From positions 1-40,001 of the IMG/VR virus record IMGVR_UViG_3300046744_000065: a stretch of DNA of 40,001 nucleotides, one strand, 5' to 3'. The notes beneath the pieces were generated by a model. That model was not told the origin of the DNA, ran no database searches, and saw only the letters and a list, made by a program, of their open reading frames with translations. This document shows, piece by piece, positions 37,701 through 40,001 of this stretch. The stretch is from a virus (Duplodnaviria > Caudoviricetes). Numbering within the stretch: position 1 is the first letter of the stretch; each line of letters starts with the position of its first letter. Made by a program: the position numbers and the translations under genes.

Positions 37701-40001
37701 ACAAAATGGTAAGTTTCCAACACCTTATGGGCAGGGCAAAGCAGGTCGTGCTATGTCAAAAAGTTTTAAATTAATAAATGAATTAATTGAGAAAAACGGT
37801 GTAGAAGATGTAGAAAAATTTATGAGTACAACACATACAGTAAAAGAAGTAGAAACATATACAGGTGTTGAAGTTACAGATTTCGGTAAAACAGAAATAG
37901 TTTATGGTGCTGCTGTTATTGGCCCTAAAATAGGTAATGGATTTTTTGCAAATCTATATGGTAATTATGAACAACTAACTTTAGATAGATGGGCTATGCG
38001 TACATGGGGTCGCATGACAGGTACGTTAGTTACTGATTATACAAAGCAAGCTAGAAATAAACGTGACCAATTAAAACAATATATAAAAGCTTTAACCAAA
38101 AAACAAAAAAAAGAATTTGAAACAATCCTTGGTAGAAAACTTACATTAGGTGATTTAGATGCAGTTGCAAAAAGAATAGAGACTAGAACAACCATACCTG
38201 CTAATCGTAAATTAATGGCAGCAATATCTTTAATTCAACCTGATAACAATGTTGGTGAAATAATAACAAACATTAAGGGTAAACCTATAAAAGGTGAACC
38301 CAGAATAAGTATTGGAGATGAAATTCGTAAGGCAGGTAATTCATTGGCAGGGTATTTAGATGGTCAAAAAGAACAGCCTAAAGGACCACCAGAAAGAAGA
38401 TTTATAGAAAAAGTTTTTGGGCAAGTGTTGCCAGTATTGCAACAACAAGAAAAAAATCTGACTATGGCAGATTTGCAAGCACTTATGTGGTATCCAGAAA
38501 AAAAATTATATGATACTGCAAAATTAAAAGAAACAGTAGTAGAAACAGGTTACGAAGATAACGCAGCACCTGATTATGCCAATGCTGCTGCAAGTTTAGT
38601 TGCTAGAATGGGTATATCAGAAGCTGACATACAATCTACATTACAGGAGGTAGACAATGAGTTATCAGTACAATCCGAGGAGCAATCAGGAGACACACAA
38701 CGAAATGTTGGAGAATCTGGATCTGTACGAGGAGTTGATACTTTCCAACAACAAGGACTTGAATCAGAAGGAACAAACATTGACGAGACCACAGGACTCC
38801 CCCTTAATGCAGACGGAACAGTTACCGTCTACCACCACACCAGTAGAGCAAACGCAGAACGAATCAAAGATACAGGTGAACTCAGAAGTGCTTCAGAACC
38901 TGATGTCTACGTTACCACCAGAGCTATCGCAGATACTGGCTATGGCGATACAGCAGTTGCCATCAGAGTCGAACCTTCTAGACTTAGTCTCGATGATGAA
39001 TTCCCTAACGGACGAAGAGATTACAGACTCTCAGTTGGAAAGCCTAGAGGATCTATTCGAGTAGATGTAGGAGAGTTTGCACAACAACAAGAATCTGAAG
39101 GTCCTAGAGGACAGTTTAGCCCGACAACATTAACAACAATACTTACACAAGAAGCAGATTTTTCTACGTTTTTACATGAGACAGCACATTATATGTTGAC
39201 CGTTATGGAAGACATAGCAATGTCTGGAAAAGGTTCAGAACAACAAAATAATGATTTTCAAACATTGTTAGACTTTTTTGGTGTTAAAGATATACAAACA
39301 TGGAGCAAGTTATCGTTAGACGAAAAAAGAAAATATCACGAAAGTTTTGCATATAATTATGAAATTTATTTATTTGAAGGCAAAGCACCAAATAATAAAT
39401 TACAAGAAATTTTTAATGAATTTCAAAAATTTTTAAAACGAATATATAAAACAATAACTGATGAGTTAAATAAGCTATACAGACAAGAAAACGGTACAGA
39501 TTTACCAATACTTACTGATGAAATAAGAAGTGTAATGGATCGTATGATTGCTAGTGAAGAACAAATCACACAAGCAGAAGCAATATATGGAATGAAGCCT
39601 ATGTTCCAAACACAAGAAGAAAGTAATATGGATGACGCTACATGGAAAGAATATAGCGATGCAATAAAACAAGCACAGGATGAATCATTGCAAAAATTAA
39701 CTGAAGCTAGTATGCGACAAGTAAAATGGCTAGGTAATGCTAAAGATAAATATATTAAAAATTTACAAAAAGATGTAGCAAATACTAGAAAAAAAGTAAT
39801 GCAAGAAGAAACTAATAAAATAGAAAAAGAAAAACTATATCAACTACACGCATTTTTAAAACGTGGTGAATTTATAAATGATAATAACGAAAGAGTTGTA
39901 GCAGGTGACGGTTACAAAATAGATATAAATTCTTTAAAAAATTCAATACCATTTTTTGATATGAGTGAAATTATTAAAAAATTTGGCCGTGGTAAATATG
40001 G
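34768..40001 (+). CDS. Giant polyvalent internal virion protein, 3'-truncated (ART, HhH-like, ART, HExxH peptidase domains)
   Basis: ATG at 34768 (MSDNPFDII...) with no stop seen to the window end (~1744 codons; absent from the ORF track, consistent with no stop). Motifs: VYHGT at 36799, GPKIG at 37921, VYHHT at 38827, HETAH at 39175. Confidence 0.85.
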   Translation, partial: MSDNPFDIIKKSPSQNYGNDNPFDLIREKRNQRNDNLIKQTLNAVSKLDPDRTGEAQKLAERLNLPSNIALDSDETLRLLKERNKERNIYELDLAQTNPILMRHLTDPDFAAIAQDNVEQLGLIESTFSGIQNFPENVGQGFEKGRLEAEMGKLGFQKGLNVELGKTNESINKRIEEIGVRLAELEGDGSGLWENTGSIVGQWSRTLQESVKYGTAGAATGGTLGLAGGPFAPITVKGGAITGFIWGLTTGSAKEGAMIEAGHQYNELIENGISHETAKNVGIAVGLVNGGLEFVGLGLVLGPAKQLLIRATLKEVNKSLRKYTMQQVFRTAGTTAFRNWASEVATEELQELVNIAGADFADYFDTGEFESKFATEKGREEIAQRLAAVFEKVGTGMIPLAGLSAGPTFFSNSTKSKEATKNTAFVESLATLSANDKTKIRNPNKFQKYIQDVADGKDVPNIFIDAKPFNQALKDNGITTEQLEMFSPQIANDLKDINGTGESGDLIIPTGEYATNIAGTQLGNALQPHIRVTEDSFSATEAGVFETEKDTLKKQAEQIINNDENAKKELIKEGKAIEENITQQLKNAKLKAFTPSRIKYLAPLVRDFAIVQANQLGIKPSEFFSKYFYNITTDDKFNKLAEEQLFNQDGTVKTESPAFKNFFGQSKIVDKDGSPLVVYHGTTDSISEFKLDHPHRLDSGWLGTGVYVTDNILLAEQYTKLKKERIKSGRLPPGPTDPIIMPLYVRLENPYEATLEDKNKIRTGQITAQGFRDQLIAQGHDGAIMPGQMQNVREIVVFDPKAVKSTENSGTWRRDLANIYKQLKADDELFAQRGKQKQGKPVPEAVFQIAKITENFDFATSKPFGTIKDFKIEIQKKVNNEAKKGKVNVSEPTVEVEKYLVKTLLADAQYALVENPNAIGWYNEKVTKAKRLLAKIHPELTTDAASNFAFTWALATTSNGIDVNTNFDLAEDVYSYWKQNGKFPTPYGQGKAGRAMSKSFKLINELIEKNGVEDVEKFMSTTHTVKEVETYTGVEVTDFGKTEIVYGAAVIGPKIGNGFFANLYGNYEQLTLDRWAMRTWGRMTGTLVTDYTKQARNKRDQLKQYIKALTKKQKKEFETILGRKLTLGDLDAVAKRIETRTTIPANRKLMAAISLIQPDNNVGEIITNIKGKPIKGEPRISIGDEIRKAGNSLAGYLDGQKEQPKGPPERRFIEKVFGQVLPVLQQQEKNLTMADLQALMWYPEKKLYDTAKLKETVVETGYEDNAAPDYANAAASLVARMGISEADIQSTLQEVDNELSVQSEEQSGDTQRNVGESGSVRGVDTFQQQGLESEGTNIDETTGLPLNADGTVTVYHHTSRANAERIKDTGELRSASEPDVYVTTRAIADTGYGDTAVAIRVEPSRLSLDDEFPNGRRDYRLSVGKPRGSIRVDVGEFAQQQESEGPRGQFSPTTLTTILTQEADFSTFLHETAHYMLTVMEDIAMSGKGSEQQNNDFQTLLDFFGVKDIQTWSKLSLDEKRKYHESFAYNYEIYLFEGKAPNNKLQEIFNEFQKFLKRIYKTITDELNKLYRQENGTDLPILTDEIRSVMDRMIASEEQITQAEAIYGMKPMFQTQEESNMDDATWKEYSDAIKQAQDESLQKLTEASMRQVKWLGNAKDKYIKNLQKDVANTRKKVMQEETNKIEKEKLYQLHAFLKRGEFINDNNERVVAGDGYKIDINSLKNSIPFFDMSEIIKKFGRGKY
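38657..39064 (+). CDS. Nested out-of-frame ORF (135 aa, acidic)
   Basis: AGGAGG at 38645-38650, 6 nt before the ATG; +1 frame inside the giant gene. Confidence 0.5.
   Translation: MSYQYNPRSNQETHNEMLENLDLYEELILSNNKDLNQKEQTLTRPQDSPLMQTEQLPSTTTPVEQTQNESKIQVNSEVLQNLMSTLPPELSQILAMAIQQLPSESNLLDLVSMMNSLTDEEITDSQLESLEDLFE

Noticed and set aside
1-40001. tRNA, rRNA, integrase/att site, photosystem genes (psbA, hli)
   Set aside because: None recognisable; intergenic gaps are short and explained by promoters or terminators.

Overview
This window looks like almost the whole genome of an AT-rich tailed phage, probably a marine cyanophage (host inferred from gene content, not proven). It is probably circularly permuted: one giant ORF runs off the right edge (34768->40001) and a matching type of ORF enters at the left edge (<2-2926). 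The plus strand (20490-40001 and 1-8991) carries a BPP-1/podovirus-type packaging and virion module: TerS, TerL, portal, scaffold, major capsid, tail tubular proteins, three ejection proteins and tail fibres. The minus strand (20335-11841) carries a lambdoid-type early module: Cro-like HTH, YqaJ/RecT, DUF1376 initiator with iterons, DnaC-like loader, 2OG-Fe(II) oxygenase, RusA and an SSB-like protein. Between them (8000-11750) is a cluster of membrane/exported proteins and an NblA-like gene. I recognise no integrase, polymerase, endolysin, tRNA, CRISPR array or reverse transcriptase. The most interesting signals are: (i) a polyvalent ejection protein with two ADP-ribosyltransferase-like domains, an HhH-glycosylase-like domain and an HExxH peptidase, separated by recurring [FY]-x-Q linkers, with a Shine-Dalgarno-led ORF nested out of frame over the second ART domain; (ii) an inverted envelope cassette containing a half-TolC-like protein; (iii) four copies of a GTGTGACCGTAA-N16-TANNNT late promoter and three early promoters sharing a 19-bp operator. 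All family assignments come from motif recognition by eye; no database searches were run.
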